Positions 37,061 to 47,363 are shown, numbered from the stretch's first letter. The stretch is DNA of 52,213 bases from Bacteroidota bacterium (GCA_037139855.1 JBAXFM010000002.1:1-52213); one strand, 5' to 3'. Numbers and translations are program-made. Notes: generated by a model from the sequence alone, not told the origin.

Positions 37061-37957
37061 TTGGAAACCATCCTCTCCATTAATAATATTTCGAAAAGAT
37101 ACGGGAAGATCCAGGCCGTAAGCGACCTTTCCCTGGAAGTTAAAAAAGGTCAGGTATTTGGAATCCTCGGCCCAAATGGCAGTGGTAAAACCACCACCCT
37201 CAGCATAATTCTCGAGCTGATCAAAGCCAACAGCGGAAATTTTAAATGGTTTGGCCAAGGTCCATCCAAGGAAAGCCGCAAACGGATTGGCAGTGTGATT
37301 GAGAGTCCGAACTTTTTCCCATACCTGAGTCCCGTTGTCAACCTGAAAATTGTGGCGGATATCAAAGACCTTGGCTATGACGATATCGACCGGGTCCTGA
37401 ATCTTACCGGCCTGTACGAGCGCAGGAATACCCGGTTTAAAACCTTTTCCTTCGGCATGAAACAACGGCTTGCCGTAGCTTCTGCCCTGCTGGGAAACCC
37501 GGATGTCCTTATCCTCGATGAACCAACCAACGGACTGGATCCACAAGGCATTGCCCACATCCGTGAATTGATCCTGCTCATCGCAAGCCAGGGAACCACC
37601 ATCATCATTGCGTCTCATCTGCTTGATGAAGTTCAAAAAATATGCAGTCACGTGGCAGTGCTCAGCAAAGGAAAAAAACTTTTTGACGGCAAAGTCAGCG
37701 AGGTACTGGCCATATCCGATTCCTATGAACTATCTGCTAAAGATCTCTCACTCCTTACCACTACAATCAAAACGCATCCCGCATTCGAATCCGTTGTGGC
37801 CGGTGATGACAAAATCCAGGTTTATTTTAAGTCGGAAGTAAACCCTGAAGAAATCAATCAGTTTTTCTTTCAGCATGGAGTGACCCTCACCCATTTAGCA
37901 GAACGCAAACGCAGTCTGGAACAACATTTTCTCGAATTATTAGACAACAACAAATGA
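37061..37957 (+). CDS. ABC transporter ATP-binding protein (ABC-2 exporter type)
   Basis: 298 aa with a TTG start. Walker A GPNGSGKTT, signature FSFGMKQRL, Walker B LILDEPTNGLD. Confidence 0.9.
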   Translation: METILSINNISKRYGKIQAVSDLSLEVKKGQVFGILGPNGSGKTTTLSIILELIKANSGNFKWFGQGPSKESRKRIGSVIESPNFFPYLSPVVNLKIVADIKDLGYDDIDRVLNLTGLYERRNTRFKTFSFGMKQRLAVASALLGNPDVLILDEPTNGLDPQGIAHIRELILLIASQGTTIIIASHLLDEVQKICSHVAVLSKGKKLFDGKVSEVLAISDSYELSAKDLSLLTTTIKTHPAFESVVAGDDKIQVYFKSEVNPEEINQFFFQHGVTLTHLAERKRSLEQHFLELLDNNK

Positions 37958-38784
37958 TCAAGCTACTAAAAATTGAATTCAAGAAAATCCTGACATATAA
38001 GGTGTTCTGGATTCTTACCGGCCTCTATTTTCTTTTTCTTACCCTGGGTCTTTTCATGGCTGAGTTTATCATCAACAACATGATTAACAACATGAACAGG
38101 CATCTGCCCATTCCGCTTCCACATGTAACGATCTACTTTTTTCCCTGGGTATGGCAGAATATCACTTTTTTCGCGACCATCCGTTATGTGCTTATCTTCC
38201 CGGCAATTGTTATCATCATATTGGTTACCAATGAATTCACCTTTAAAACAATCAGGCAGAATGTGATCAATGGTTTGAGTAAAGCAGAGTTTCTGTCTTC
38301 CAAATTGCTGCTCATCCTGCTCATATCCCTGATCATGACGTTTTTATTGGCCATCGGGACCTTCATCCTGGGTCTTTCAAATACTTCAGATCTTACATTT
38401 GGAATGGTTGTTGAAAAGTCTTCCTTCATCATCGGTTTTTTCATAACCATGATCACCTTTCAGGTATATGCGCTCTTTTTTGGATTTATCTTAAGAAATA
38501 CCGGATTGTCCATCGCGTTATTCACCCTTTATATCTTCATTGCAGAACCTATTCTTTATTATTTTCTGAAAAGTCCGATTGTCTTTAAAAATGACATCTC
38601 CACCTACCTCCCGGTAAACGCGGTGCTGCGTGTCACAGAATATCCTGCGATCCAGGTCCTGAAGAGTATCATGGGATTAAATCTGCAAAACTCCATCAGC
38701 CTCACTGCCTGCTGCATCCCATTGGGGTACGCTGCCATCATGATTGGCGTTGTTTACTGGGTGCTGGAAAAAAGGGATTTGTAA
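37954..38784 (+). CDS. ABC-2 family transporter permease
   Basis: 276 aa with about 6 hydrophobic spans. ATGA overlap with the ATPase gene. Confidence 0.75.
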   Translation: MIKLLKIEFKKILTYKVFWILTGLYFLFLTLGLFMAEFIINNMINNMNRHLPIPLPHVTIYFFPWVWQNITFFATIRYVLIFPAIVIIILVTNEFTFKTIRQNVINGLSKAEFLSSKLLLILLISLIMTFLLAIGTFILGLSNTSDLTFGMVVEKSSFIIGFFITMITFQVYALFFGFILRNTGLSIALFTLYIFIAEPILYYFLKSPIVFKNDISTYLPVNAVLRVTEYPAIQVLKSIMGLNLQNSISLTACCIPLGYAAIMIGVVYWVLEKRDL

Positions 38785-38798
38785 AGATTCCGGGAAAA

Positions 38799-40901
38799 TT
38801 ACATTCCTTCGCGCTTCCTGATAACCCATTCTGCCGAAAGCAGCGCCAGGATCAGGAGAAAAAGCCATGGATTTCCGATCAGATCCGACATCCGCTGCTG
38901 ATAGATGGAAACAGAACGTATGTCGTCGCGGGCGATAATTTTATCGGCAAGTTTGTTTATATCTGCCTTGTTTACCATCTCTCCGTTGTGTGACGAGGCA
39001 ATTCTGAAAAGAAGATTGTGGTCAGCAAGCAGATTGGAACTTTCAACGTTTACCTGTTCAATGAAAAACTTTCCCGACTTCTGATACACGGAAGTACCAA
39101 CCTTTACCGAAGCTGAATAGGAATATTCGCCAATGGGAAACAGACCGGCATTGAGATAATACGATTTGTTTGTTTTACTGAATACAAAGGGATAGGCTTT
39201 GTTTTGAGCATCGGTGATGGTGATGTTGATATCCTGATCATTAATTAATTCATAGGATGCATTGAAAACCTCTGCGTCCATTTCAACCGGTTCATTTTCT
39301 GAGATCCGGCTGTTGATATGAATCCTGAAGAAGCTTTTATCATCTTTCGTTGAGAGATACTGCGCTATTTTATCAATCATCAGATCAAAGGATTCATGGC
39401 TGGATTGCTGAATAAAATCAGCGATCCTCCATCGCCATATGTTTTCACCTGCAATGAATCCTACCTTTTTCTCCGCAACCCGGGTAAACATGATCATGGG
39501 GGTGCGGGTGGTCACATTTCCAATTTTCTGATAAAACAGAATTTCAGACAGCGGACTAAACTGGTAGGTACCGAAAGGGCATTGCAGTGGAGGAAACTCT
39601 TTGAAAACCGCAATATCTTTTTTATCCATGGAAAAGAGCGAAAATTCCTCATTTACCATTGGCTGCGATTCTGAAAAGGCATTTCTAGACGAATTGACGA
39701 TCAATCCCGTTTTAAGATTATTGAGTGAATTCAAATCCGTTTGTGAACCAACAATAATGAGTAAAGATGCCTTTGATTTGATCAATGTGCTAAAATCGGC
39801 CACATTGGTCACCGAAGGCAGCTGGTTGAGAATCACCAGGTCGTATTTATCCCAGGTCTTCGGCAGGTTGTCGGCCCTGAGCAGATCAATATCAAAATGC
39901 GATGAGCCTTCAAGCCCCTTTTGAATGGCGGTAACATCCGGATGGGGTGAATCAAAAATAAGTGCAACTTTCTGGCGCGCATCAAGCACTTCAACAATGA
40001 AACTGGCGCTGTTGTTCGCTTTGCTTCCCTCCCCTTGTATCTCGCTGAGCTGAAGGGTGTATTTTACAATACCCTTGTTACCGGCTTCGAGCATAAACGG
40101 AACTTTTTGCAGCGTGTGGTCGCTGTTAGCCCTGATCTCCCTGGCTTCAAGCAAATGTGAACCCTGCGAGAGCGTCAGTTTTGCCGAGGAACCCGCACAT
40201 TTATTCATCTCAACCAACACCTCCGCCGGAAATTTATCACCCTTGTAGGCAGTTTTATTGACCATGATTTTTCGAATCAGGATATCTTTTTTTAACAAGG
40301 TATCCCCAAGAGCCAGCGTGTACACGGGATAGGTTACGCTCCGTGCTGCATAAAACGGATCTGTTCCTTCATTATAGATGCCGTCGGAAGCCAGGATGAG
40401 GGCCGCCGCATTCCGGTTGGAGAAACGTGTATTTATTTCGTTAAAAAAAGTTGAAATATCAGTCTTTACGCCCCTGTAAGATGCATCAAAGCCATTGATG
40501 AGTTTGTCGCCAAACGAATACACCTTGACATCGCATTTTTTTTGCAATTCCTTTACCAGCGAATCGATTGATTTCGGGAACACTTTACGATAATAATCCG
40601 AATCACTGGTCAGCACCATTGACCTTGAATTATCAATGCCAATGATTACAATGGGTTTCTCAACAATTTTATCAGATTGTTTGACCAGAGGGCCTAAAAG
40701 AAGAAAAGAGATCAATGAAACCGAAATAAATCTGAATACCAGCATCAACCGATGGGTTGTTTGCTTTAATCCTTTTTTAACATCCCGGTAGTAGAGAACA
40801 AAAGCATAAACAGCTCCCAGCAGGAGACAGAAAAACACAAGGACAACTGGGTATTCAGTAACAAGTGCCACAACAAATATTAAGTATGCAACCCACCACA
40901 A
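38799..40901 (-). CDS. Membrane-anchored von Willebrand factor A (vWA) domain protein (BatA-like N-terminal double-TM, C-terminal TM anchor)
   Basis: 700 aa. Two N-terminal TM helices, a MIDAS-like DxSxS (IGIDNSRSM), and a C-terminal hydrophobic helix followed by RKREG. Confidence 0.6.
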   Translation of the reverse strand: MWWVAYLIFVVALVTEYPVVLVFFCLLLGAVYAFVLYYRDVKKGLKQTTHRLMLVFRFISVSLISFLLLGPLVKQSDKIVEKPIVIIGIDNSRSMVLTSDSDYYRKVFPKSIDSLVKELQKKCDVKVYSFGDKLINGFDASYRGVKTDISTFFNEINTRFSNRNAAALILASDGIYNEGTDPFYAARSVTYPVYTLALGDTLLKKDILIRKIMVNKTAYKGDKFPAEVLVEMNKCAGSSAKLTLSQGSHLLEAREIRANSDHTLQKVPFMLEAGNKGIVKYTLQLSEIQGEGSKANNSASFIVEVLDARQKVALIFDSPHPDVTAIQKGLEGSSHFDIDLLRADNLPKTWDKYDLVILNQLPSVTNVADFSTLIKSKASLLIIVGSQTDLNSLNNLKTGLIVNSSRNAFSESQPMVNEEFSLFSMDKKDIAVFKEFPPLQCPFGTYQFSPLSEILFYQKIGNVTTRTPMIMFTRVAEKKVGFIAGENIWRWRIADFIQQSSHESFDLMIDKIAQYLSTKDDKSFFRIHINSRISENEPVEMDAEVFNASYELINDQDINITITDAQNKAYPFVFSKTNKSYYLNAGLFPIGEYSYSASVKVGTSVYQKSGKFFIEQVNVESSNLLADHNLLFRIASSHNGEMVNKADINKLADKIIARDDIRSVSIYQQRMSDLIGNPWLFLLILALLSAEWVIRKREGM

Positions 40902-41626
40902 ACCGGAATTGCCTGTCCGGTTACATATGAACTAAGATCGGATGCAAGGAAAAGGGCCAGATTTGCCACATCTTCAGGTGTTCCGGCACGTTTCATGGGG
41001 ATATCCTGGATCCATTTGTCGCGGAATTCCTGAGGTAACCGGGCCGTCATCTCGGTTTCAATATAGCCGGGTGCAATTGCATTGCAGCGGATGTTGCGTG
41101 AGCCCAGTTCCTGTGCAATTGATTTTGTAAAGCCAATGATTCCCGCTTTGGAGGCAGCATAATTTGACTGTCCGCTGTTTCCTTCAACGCCAACGACCGA
41201 GCTCATATTGATGATCGAACCAAACCTTTGTTTGATCATGACCTTCTGGATCGCTTTTGTCAGATTGAAAACAGATTTAAGGTTGACATTGATCACCCGG
41301 TCCCAATCCTGTTCCGTCATGCGTAAAAGTAAGTTATCGCGGGTAATCCCGGCGTTGTTTACCAGCACATCGATGGTTTCAAAATCCTCCATGATGGCGG
41401 TAATCAATTGTTCGCTGTCGGTAAATGAACTTGCATCGGATGCATATCCTTTGGCTTTTACGCCAAATGCGGTAAGTTCCTGCTCCAGCTGTTTCGCGTC
41501 ATCATTGTATTGTATATCTGAAAAGGCGATGTTGGCGCCATTTTCTGCAAATTTCAAGGCTATAGACTTTCCGATGCCACGATTTGCACCGGTAATTAAA
41601 ACAGTTTTTCCTTCAAGTAACTTCAT
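40880..41626 (-). CDS. fabG: 3-oxoacyl-[acyl-carrier-protein] reductase
   Basis: 248 aa. Motif TGANRGIGKSIA and the SDR catalytic YAASKAG. Confidence 0.9.
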   Translation of the reverse strand: MKLLEGKTVLITGANRGIGKSIALKFAENGANIAFSDIQYNDDAKQLEQELTAFGVKAKGYASDASSFTDSEQLITAIMEDFETIDVLVNNAGITRDNLLLRMTEQDWDRVINVNLKSVFNLTKAIQKVMIKQRFGSIINMSSVVGVEGNSGQSNYAASKAGIIGFTKSIAQELGSRNIRCNAIAPGYIETEMTARLPQEFRDKWIQDIPMKRAGTPEDVANLALFLASDLSSYVTGQAIPVCGGLHT

Positions 41627-41666
41627 ATCTGATAATTAAATTTATGCTGATAAACAACCGTTAATA

Positions 41667-44600
41667 CTAAATCCATTTAACGAGATTAAAATCCTGTCGG
41701 TGCGGCAATAACGGACTTTTTGGGAAAAGCCGGAAAACATAGTCGTAAACTCCGGCCTGGTTAATCGGGATATCGCATGAAAATGAAACGATGTTTTTCT
41801 CCGATCTCATGAGGGTCATCTCCTCCTTGAAACTAGGCTCTTTAACCTCGTCATTGATCTTTTTTCCGAAAAGCACCTCAATCCCGATATCTGTACCTGA
41901 TAGTTCATTCAGATCAAGAACGATCTCTGCTTTGAAAGAATCGCCAAGCGACAGCGGTTTCACGTTCGAATCGGGTGTTTTAACTGAAACAACTTCGATA
42001 CTCTCCCACCCTCTCATCACCTTGCGTTTCCAATTGGCAATGTGCCTGGCCATTTCATAATTTCTTCCGGCCATGATCCGTGAACGCTTGAAAAGCGGGT
42101 TGTAATATTGACGGATATAGTCGTCAAGCTGCCGTTTCATGGTAAAGTGAGGCGCTATTTCAGAAATCGTATTTTTAATGTAGGAGACCCATTTTACCGG
42201 GACATTCTGCTCATTTACATCGTAGTAAATCGGGATGATTTCTTCTTCCAGGATTGAATAAATAGTTTCTGCGTCAAGTTCATCCTGGAACTGGTGGTTA
42301 TCGTAGGTTGATTCTTCCTTAAGCGCCCAGCCTGCATTTGGCCGGTAACCTTCGGCCCACCATCCGTCGAGCACACTGAAGTTCACCACTCCATTCATCA
42401 CAGCTTTTTCACCGCTGGTACCTGATGCTTCCAAAGGACGGGTTGGCGTATTCAACCATATATCCACCCCTTTGATCAGGTATTTGGCCACTTCCATGTC
42501 GTAATTTTCAAAGAAGAAAATTTTGCCGACAAATTCAGGCATATGGGAAATCTCATAAATCCGTTTGATGAGGTCCTGGCCGGCTTTATCGTTGGGATGG
42601 GCTTTGCCGGCAAACATAAACTGGACCGGTTTCTCTTTGTTGTTAACGATTTTTGAAAGCCTGTCGAGGTTGCTGAAAAGAAGATGTGCCCGTTTGTACG
42701 TGGCAAATCTCCTGGCAAATCCGATGGTGAGCGCCTTGGGATTAACCGCATCCTTGATTTTGAATATTAATTTCGGATTCTCATGCCGACGGGTCATGTC
42801 GGCATACAGATGTTGCAAAAGGTATTCTGTCATCTGGCCCTTCTGCTTGAGTTTCATAGTCCAGATGGTTTCGTCATTCACATTGTGAATATTTTTCCAG
42901 TAATGCGGATTCGACTGATCGCTGAAAAATCCGTCCCCAAATTCCTTGCTGTACAGTTGAAGCCATGATTTCGCCGTCCAGGTAGGTAAATGCACGCCGT
43001 TTGTCACATAGCCAATGTGCAGTTCTTCGGGATAATAGCCGGGATACAGGGTTACCATCATCTCTCTGGTCACCCTTCCATGGATTTTGCTAACCCCATT
43101 GATCTCCTGCGATAATTTGGCTGCCAGCACGCTCATTGAAAATTTTTCATTGGCATCACCTTCTACCATTCGTCCCAGGTTCATGAATTGTTCCCACTTC
43201 AGGTTCATGTGATCGGGATAGTGTGACAAGTAACGGCGAATCAGGTCCTCAGGAAAAGTATCATGCCCGGCAGGGACAGGGGTGTGGGTCGTGAACAAGG
43301 TGGAAGAACGTACCATTTCCAAAGCCTGAGGAAAGGTAAGTTTTTCATTCTGAATGAGTTTTCTCAGACGTTCCAGTCCGATAAAAGCTGAATGCCCTTC
43401 ATTGCTGTGGAAAACATCTGGTTTCAAACCCATGGCATCCAGCATCCGGATGCCTGCGATTCCGAGGAGCAACTCCTGCCGCAGCCGGTTTTCAAGGTCT
43501 CCGCCATACAATTGGTGGGTGATGCTGCGGTCGCCCTCTTCATTTTCATCGATATCGGTATCCATCAGGAACAATGGAACACGCCCCACATCACATCGCC
43601 ATATTTTGGCATACATCGTCCGGCCAGGTAAAGCAAATGATATTTTCAACCAGTTGCCATCGGCATCCCGGATGGGAATTAACGGCAGATGGGTGAATTT
43701 TTGCGGGGTATAGATGGCGATCTGATCACCAAAAATGGATAGACTCTGGGTAAAGTAACCATACCTGTATAACAGTCCAACGCCGATGATGTTGTAATTG
43801 GAATCGCTGGCTTCCTTGAGATAATCACCTGCGAGCATCCCCAAACCACCGGAAAAAATCTTTACGGTGTCGTGCAGTCCGTATTCCATGCTGAAATAGG
43901 CAACCTGTTCTTTCGGCTTCTCCGCATTAAGGGCCATGTATGCATCAAAGGCCGCAGTGACTTTGATTAATTTATTGACAAATTTTTCGTTGACACTCAG
44001 ATCCTGCAGTTCGTTGAAAGACAATGATTCAATGAGGGCAATCGGGTTAAACTTCACTTCATACCAGCGGTCTCTGTTGATGAGTTCAAACAACTCCGAC
44101 CCTTCATAGTTCCATGACCACCATAAATTTTTCGCCAATCGTTCCATACTGGCCAGGTTCTCCGGAATTCGCTGTTGAATCAGCACCTTTTTCCATTCTG
44201 GTTTATCCACAATACTTTTCAGAGATGTAACCAGCACCTGGGGTTGCTTACCTGCAAACAAATCAGCCCTGGTGGCAGATGCTTCCAGGGTATCGGAATA
44301 TGCTTCCTTGTAGTTGTCAATTAAATTTTTCCATAATGCGGATCTTGAGATTTCAAATGCCTTGATTCTGGCCTTGATAATCTCTTTTTCCGGTTTGGCG
44401 CTACAGTTTAAGACATGTTTGACAATGTTTTCAACTACTTCCGGGTCATTGTCATCATTCCGGTCAATCACTGCCGTGCAATCTTTAACACTGGGGAACA
44501 ATAATTTCATCCACTGCCCAAATCCCGACAATGCAGTGGTAATGGTTGGAATATGAAATGAAAGACTTTCCAGCGCCGAATATCCCCATGGCTCATAATA

Positions 44601-45917
44601 TGACGGAAAAATGGTTCCGTCAATACCGATCAGCAGATCATAATAGTTTAAATTGAAAATTCCATCCGTACCATTGAGATAGGTTGGGATGTACATCACT
44701 TTGACTTTATCTTCAGGCCGGTTCAGCAAACCATTTGACTTTATTCGTTGAAGGATGAGATCATTTTCGGGCTCTGTAAGACCATGCGTCGTGTATTCCT
44801 CCTGTCGCGGGTGGCTGTAATCTTTTTTACTTAAACGGTCAAGGAGATCTTTTTTGGGAATATTATGTCCGGAAGATACGGCGATCACCGCGATGATTGT
44901 TTGCGGCAATTTGGATTGTTTGTTCAGCAATCCCATGGAATCAACAAAAACATCAAGACCTTTGTTGCGGAATTCGTAGCGGCCACTCGTTAAAATGAGA
45001 ATGGCGTCTTCCGGGTATTCCTGTCCGGTGAGGGCTCCGGCTACTTCCAGGAGTTTCTTGCGCGACTTGTCTCGTTTATCGGTGTATGCCTCCTTAACAG
45101 GAACCCATGAATCATCAAACCCATTGGGCGTAAGCATGTCAGCCTCTTTATCAAGAAAATGCCGGCATTCGTTGTTGGTGAGTTGCGATTGTGTCGTAAA
45201 GCAATCCGCTTCGTGTGCAGCTAATTTTTCCAACGAAAATTTAGCCATCACCCCAAATTGTCTTGCCATGCCTTCAGGATTGTAATTCTCAAGGTTTTTA
45301 TACAATGGCAATCCATTGGCAGCAATGCTTCGTCCAACCACGGTGGCATGAGCTGTAAAAACAGTTCCAACCTGGGGTACACGTTCTTTCAGATATAATA
45401 TACCTGTTCCGGTCATCCATTCGTGAAACTGGGCAATGATTTTATCCAGGTGCGAGCAGTTGAAACTATAGAAGCTATCAATGATTTTCCCGGCAGCATA
45501 GCCAAAAAAAGCAGGTTCAATGTAATCCCAGTCGCCCGAGAGGGAATCCAGTTTATACCGTTCCCAAAAGTGAGCGAAAATTTTGTCTTTTTCCGAAAAA
45601 TAGGGTGTGAAATCAACGAGGATCACGGCTGGTCTGCCAGGGATGTTCCATCTTCCCACTTTAATCCGCAGGCCTTCTGTTTCAGCAACTTCGCGCCATG
45701 ATTTGAATAAAAACTTATCCTCGGTAAACTCCGGGTTTTGATGGGTCTCTTTCCAAACATCCGGGCCTATCAGGATATAGTTATCTTTGAATTCCTCTGC
45801 CAGAACCTCTGCTTTTGATGCAATTGTTGTGTAGATTCCTCCTACTTTATTACATACCTCCCAACTTGTTTCGAACAGGTAATCGGGAACCATCAGTAAC
45901 TTATCCTTCATTGCCAT
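41667..45917 (-). CDS. Fusion protein: N-terminal GT3-type glycogen synthase module plus C-terminal GT35 alpha-glucan phosphorylase (DUF3417-type) module
   Basis: Uninterrupted 1416-aa ORF. The N-terminus FETSWEVCNKVGGIYTTIASKA is the GT3 glycogen-synthase signature. LAKNLWWSWN (encoded around 44111-44131) marks the usual N-terminus of alpha-glucan phosphorylases. PLP-Lys context EASGTSGEKAVMNG lies near the C-terminus. Confidence 0.85.
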   Translation of the reverse strand: MAMKDKLLMVPDYLFETSWEVCNKVGGIYTTIASKAEVLAEEFKDNYILIGPDVWKETHQNPEFTEDKFLFKSWREVAETEGLRIKVGRWNIPGRPAVILVDFTPYFSEKDKIFAHFWERYKLDSLSGDWDYIEPAFFGYAAGKIIDSFYSFNCSHLDKIIAQFHEWMTGTGILYLKERVPQVGTVFTAHATVVGRSIAANGLPLYKNLENYNPEGMARQFGVMAKFSLEKLAAHEADCFTTQSQLTNNECRHFLDKEADMLTPNGFDDSWVPVKEAYTDKRDKSRKKLLEVAGALTGQEYPEDAILILTSGRYEFRNKGLDVFVDSMGLLNKQSKLPQTIIAVIAVSSGHNIPKKDLLDRLSKKDYSHPRQEEYTTHGLTEPENDLILQRIKSNGLLNRPEDKVKVMYIPTYLNGTDGIFNLNYYDLLIGIDGTIFPSYYEPWGYSALESLSFHIPTITTALSGFGQWMKLLFPSVKDCTAVIDRNDDNDPEVVENIVKHVLNCSAKPEKEIIKARIKAFEISRSALWKNLIDNYKEAYSDTLEASATRADLFAGKQPQVLVTSLKSIVDKPEWKKVLIQQRIPENLASMERLAKNLWWSWNYEGSELFELINRDRWYEVKFNPIALIESLSFNELQDLSVNEKFVNKLIKVTAAFDAYMALNAEKPKEQVAYFSMEYGLHDTVKIFSGGLGMLAGDYLKEASDSNYNIIGVGLLYRYGYFTQSLSIFGDQIAIYTPQKFTHLPLIPIRDADGNWLKISFALPGRTMYAKIWRCDVGRVPLFLMDTDIDENEEGDRSITHQLYGGDLENRLRQELLLGIAGIRMLDAMGLKPDVFHSNEGHSAFIGLERLRKLIQNEKLTFPQALEMVRSSTLFTTHTPVPAGHDTFPEDLIRRYLSHYPDHMNLKWEQFMNLGRMVEGDANEKFSMSVLAAKLSQEINGVSKIHGRVTREMMVTLYPGYYPEELHIGYVTNGVHLPTWTAKSWLQLYSKEFGDGFFSDQSNPHYWKNIHNVNDETIWTMKLKQKGQMTEYLLQHLYADMTRRHENPKLIFKIKDAVNPKALTIGFARRFATYKRAHLLFSNLDRLSKIVNNKEKPVQFMFAGKAHPNDKAGQDLIKRIYEISHMPEFVGKIFFFENYDMEVAKYLIKGVDIWLNTPTRPLEASGTSGEKAVMNGVVNFSVLDGWWAEGYRPNAGWALKEESTYDNHQFQDELDAETIYSILEEEIIPIYYDVNEQNVPVKWVSYIKNTISEIAPHFTMKRQLDDYIRQYYNPLFKRSRIMAGRNYEMARHIANWKRKVMRGWESIEVVSVKTPDSNVKPLSLGDSFKAEIVLDLNELSGTDIGIEVLFGKKINDEVKEPSFKEEMTLMRSEKNIVSFSCDIPINQAGVYDYVFRLFPKSPLLPHRQDFNLVKWI

Positions 45918-45919
45918 AG

Positions 45920-47359
45920 TTATTTTCTTTTTCTAACAACCTTTGCCGGAGTTTCCTTTTTTGTTACTTTTTTTATCTCAGTTTCGGGAGCAGCTTTTGT
46001 TTTTGTTACCTTCCTGGGGATCACTTTTGATTCTGCCACCTTTTTGGGTGCCGCTTTTAATTTTAGCGCCTTTTCAGATAAATATGTTGCTTTTGCCGCC
46101 TTCTTTGTTGCAGCTTTTACTTTAGCAACCTTTTCTACAACCTGCTCCGACTCAACTTTTTCCTGATCAGCCGACAGAAATTCGTCAACCCTGATCATAA
46201 AATCAGAGAGCACATTCATGTAGTTGATGAATGCTTCGTAGGGTGATCCATAGGGATTGAAGTACTTGTGAACTTCACCGGCAGAAAACCATTTGGTACA
46301 CATATAGTAAAAATGGTTGCTGGTTTGAAGATACAGCCAATCTTTCAGTATTTCCGGATTGTTGCAGTTTCTAACCTTTGACTCATAGGAATAGAGTTTA
46401 CCAAACGCTTCATCCTGCAATTCATTGCCAAGCCAGGCCGTGAGATCACGTTCTTCATCGGCCCAGGAAATGGCATGAGGAACAGAGATGGCAGAAACCG
46501 GCTGGAGTTCGTGATACAGTTGTTCGGGGGTATTAAAGGTGAAATTCGAACTGGAATATACCATGGCGGGCAGATGCCTGAAAAAATCAAATATTCCGGT
46601 TTCTTTCCATTGATGTTCGCCCAGGGTTTCATAATCAAGAAACAAATTGACGACTTCTTCTGTCTTTTCAACTTTGTTGAGCCATTTTACAAATTTCTCG
46701 GTGGTCAAAGGCCATTCTGACCAATCCTGATTGGAGAAACGGAAAGTGAGATCGTCACTCAAACGGAAATTCCTCAGCAGGACTTTTAACTTTGGGTTGA
46801 TGTTGTTGCAATACATGTAGTTAGGACTCTTCCAGCCCAGAATGTGCTTTGCACCTTCAGTGAGCATGGTGTGAAATCCCATTTCAGCAACCATTTCACC
46901 AATCTTATCTTAGTAGATCAACTCGGTGTTGCGAAAGGTTGTTGGCCTTTTCCCAAAAAGTTCTTCCACCCTGGCTGCATGCAATTCAACCTGTCGCACA
47001 AATTCATCCTTGTTGCTCAGCGATGCCAGTGAATGGGCATACGTTTCGGCAAGGAATTCAACCTGGCCGGTATCAGCCAATTGCCTGAAACTTTTAATCA
47101 CCTCGGGAACGTGCATTTGCAGTTGATCCAGGGCAGTTCCGGAAATTGAATAACTGACTTTAAAAGCAGTACCATACTCCCTTATCAAATCAAGCATAAG
47201 GTTGTTGGCCGGCAGATAGGATTTTTCTGCAACACGCTTTATAATGTGTCGGTTTTGATAGTCATCATAGTAGTGATGATCTTGTCCGATGTTGAAAAAC
47301 CGGTAAGTCCGTAAGCGAAACGGCTGATGGACTTGAAAATACAAACAGATGGATCTCAT
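45920..47359 (-). pseudogene. GH57-family glycoside hydrolase (alpha-amylase/branching-enzyme-like) interrupted by one in-frame TAA; track ORFs 46910..47359 and 45920..46894 are its two pieces
   Basis: Minus-strand frame reads FRNTELIY-TAA-DKIGEMVAEMGF, with the stop at 46910-46912. The N piece carries GH57 motifs (YFQVHQPFRL, GQVEFL, FRNTELIY). The C piece carries LDYETLGEH plus a Lys/Ala-rich tail. Confidence 0.8.
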
Positions 47360-47363
47360 ATGA

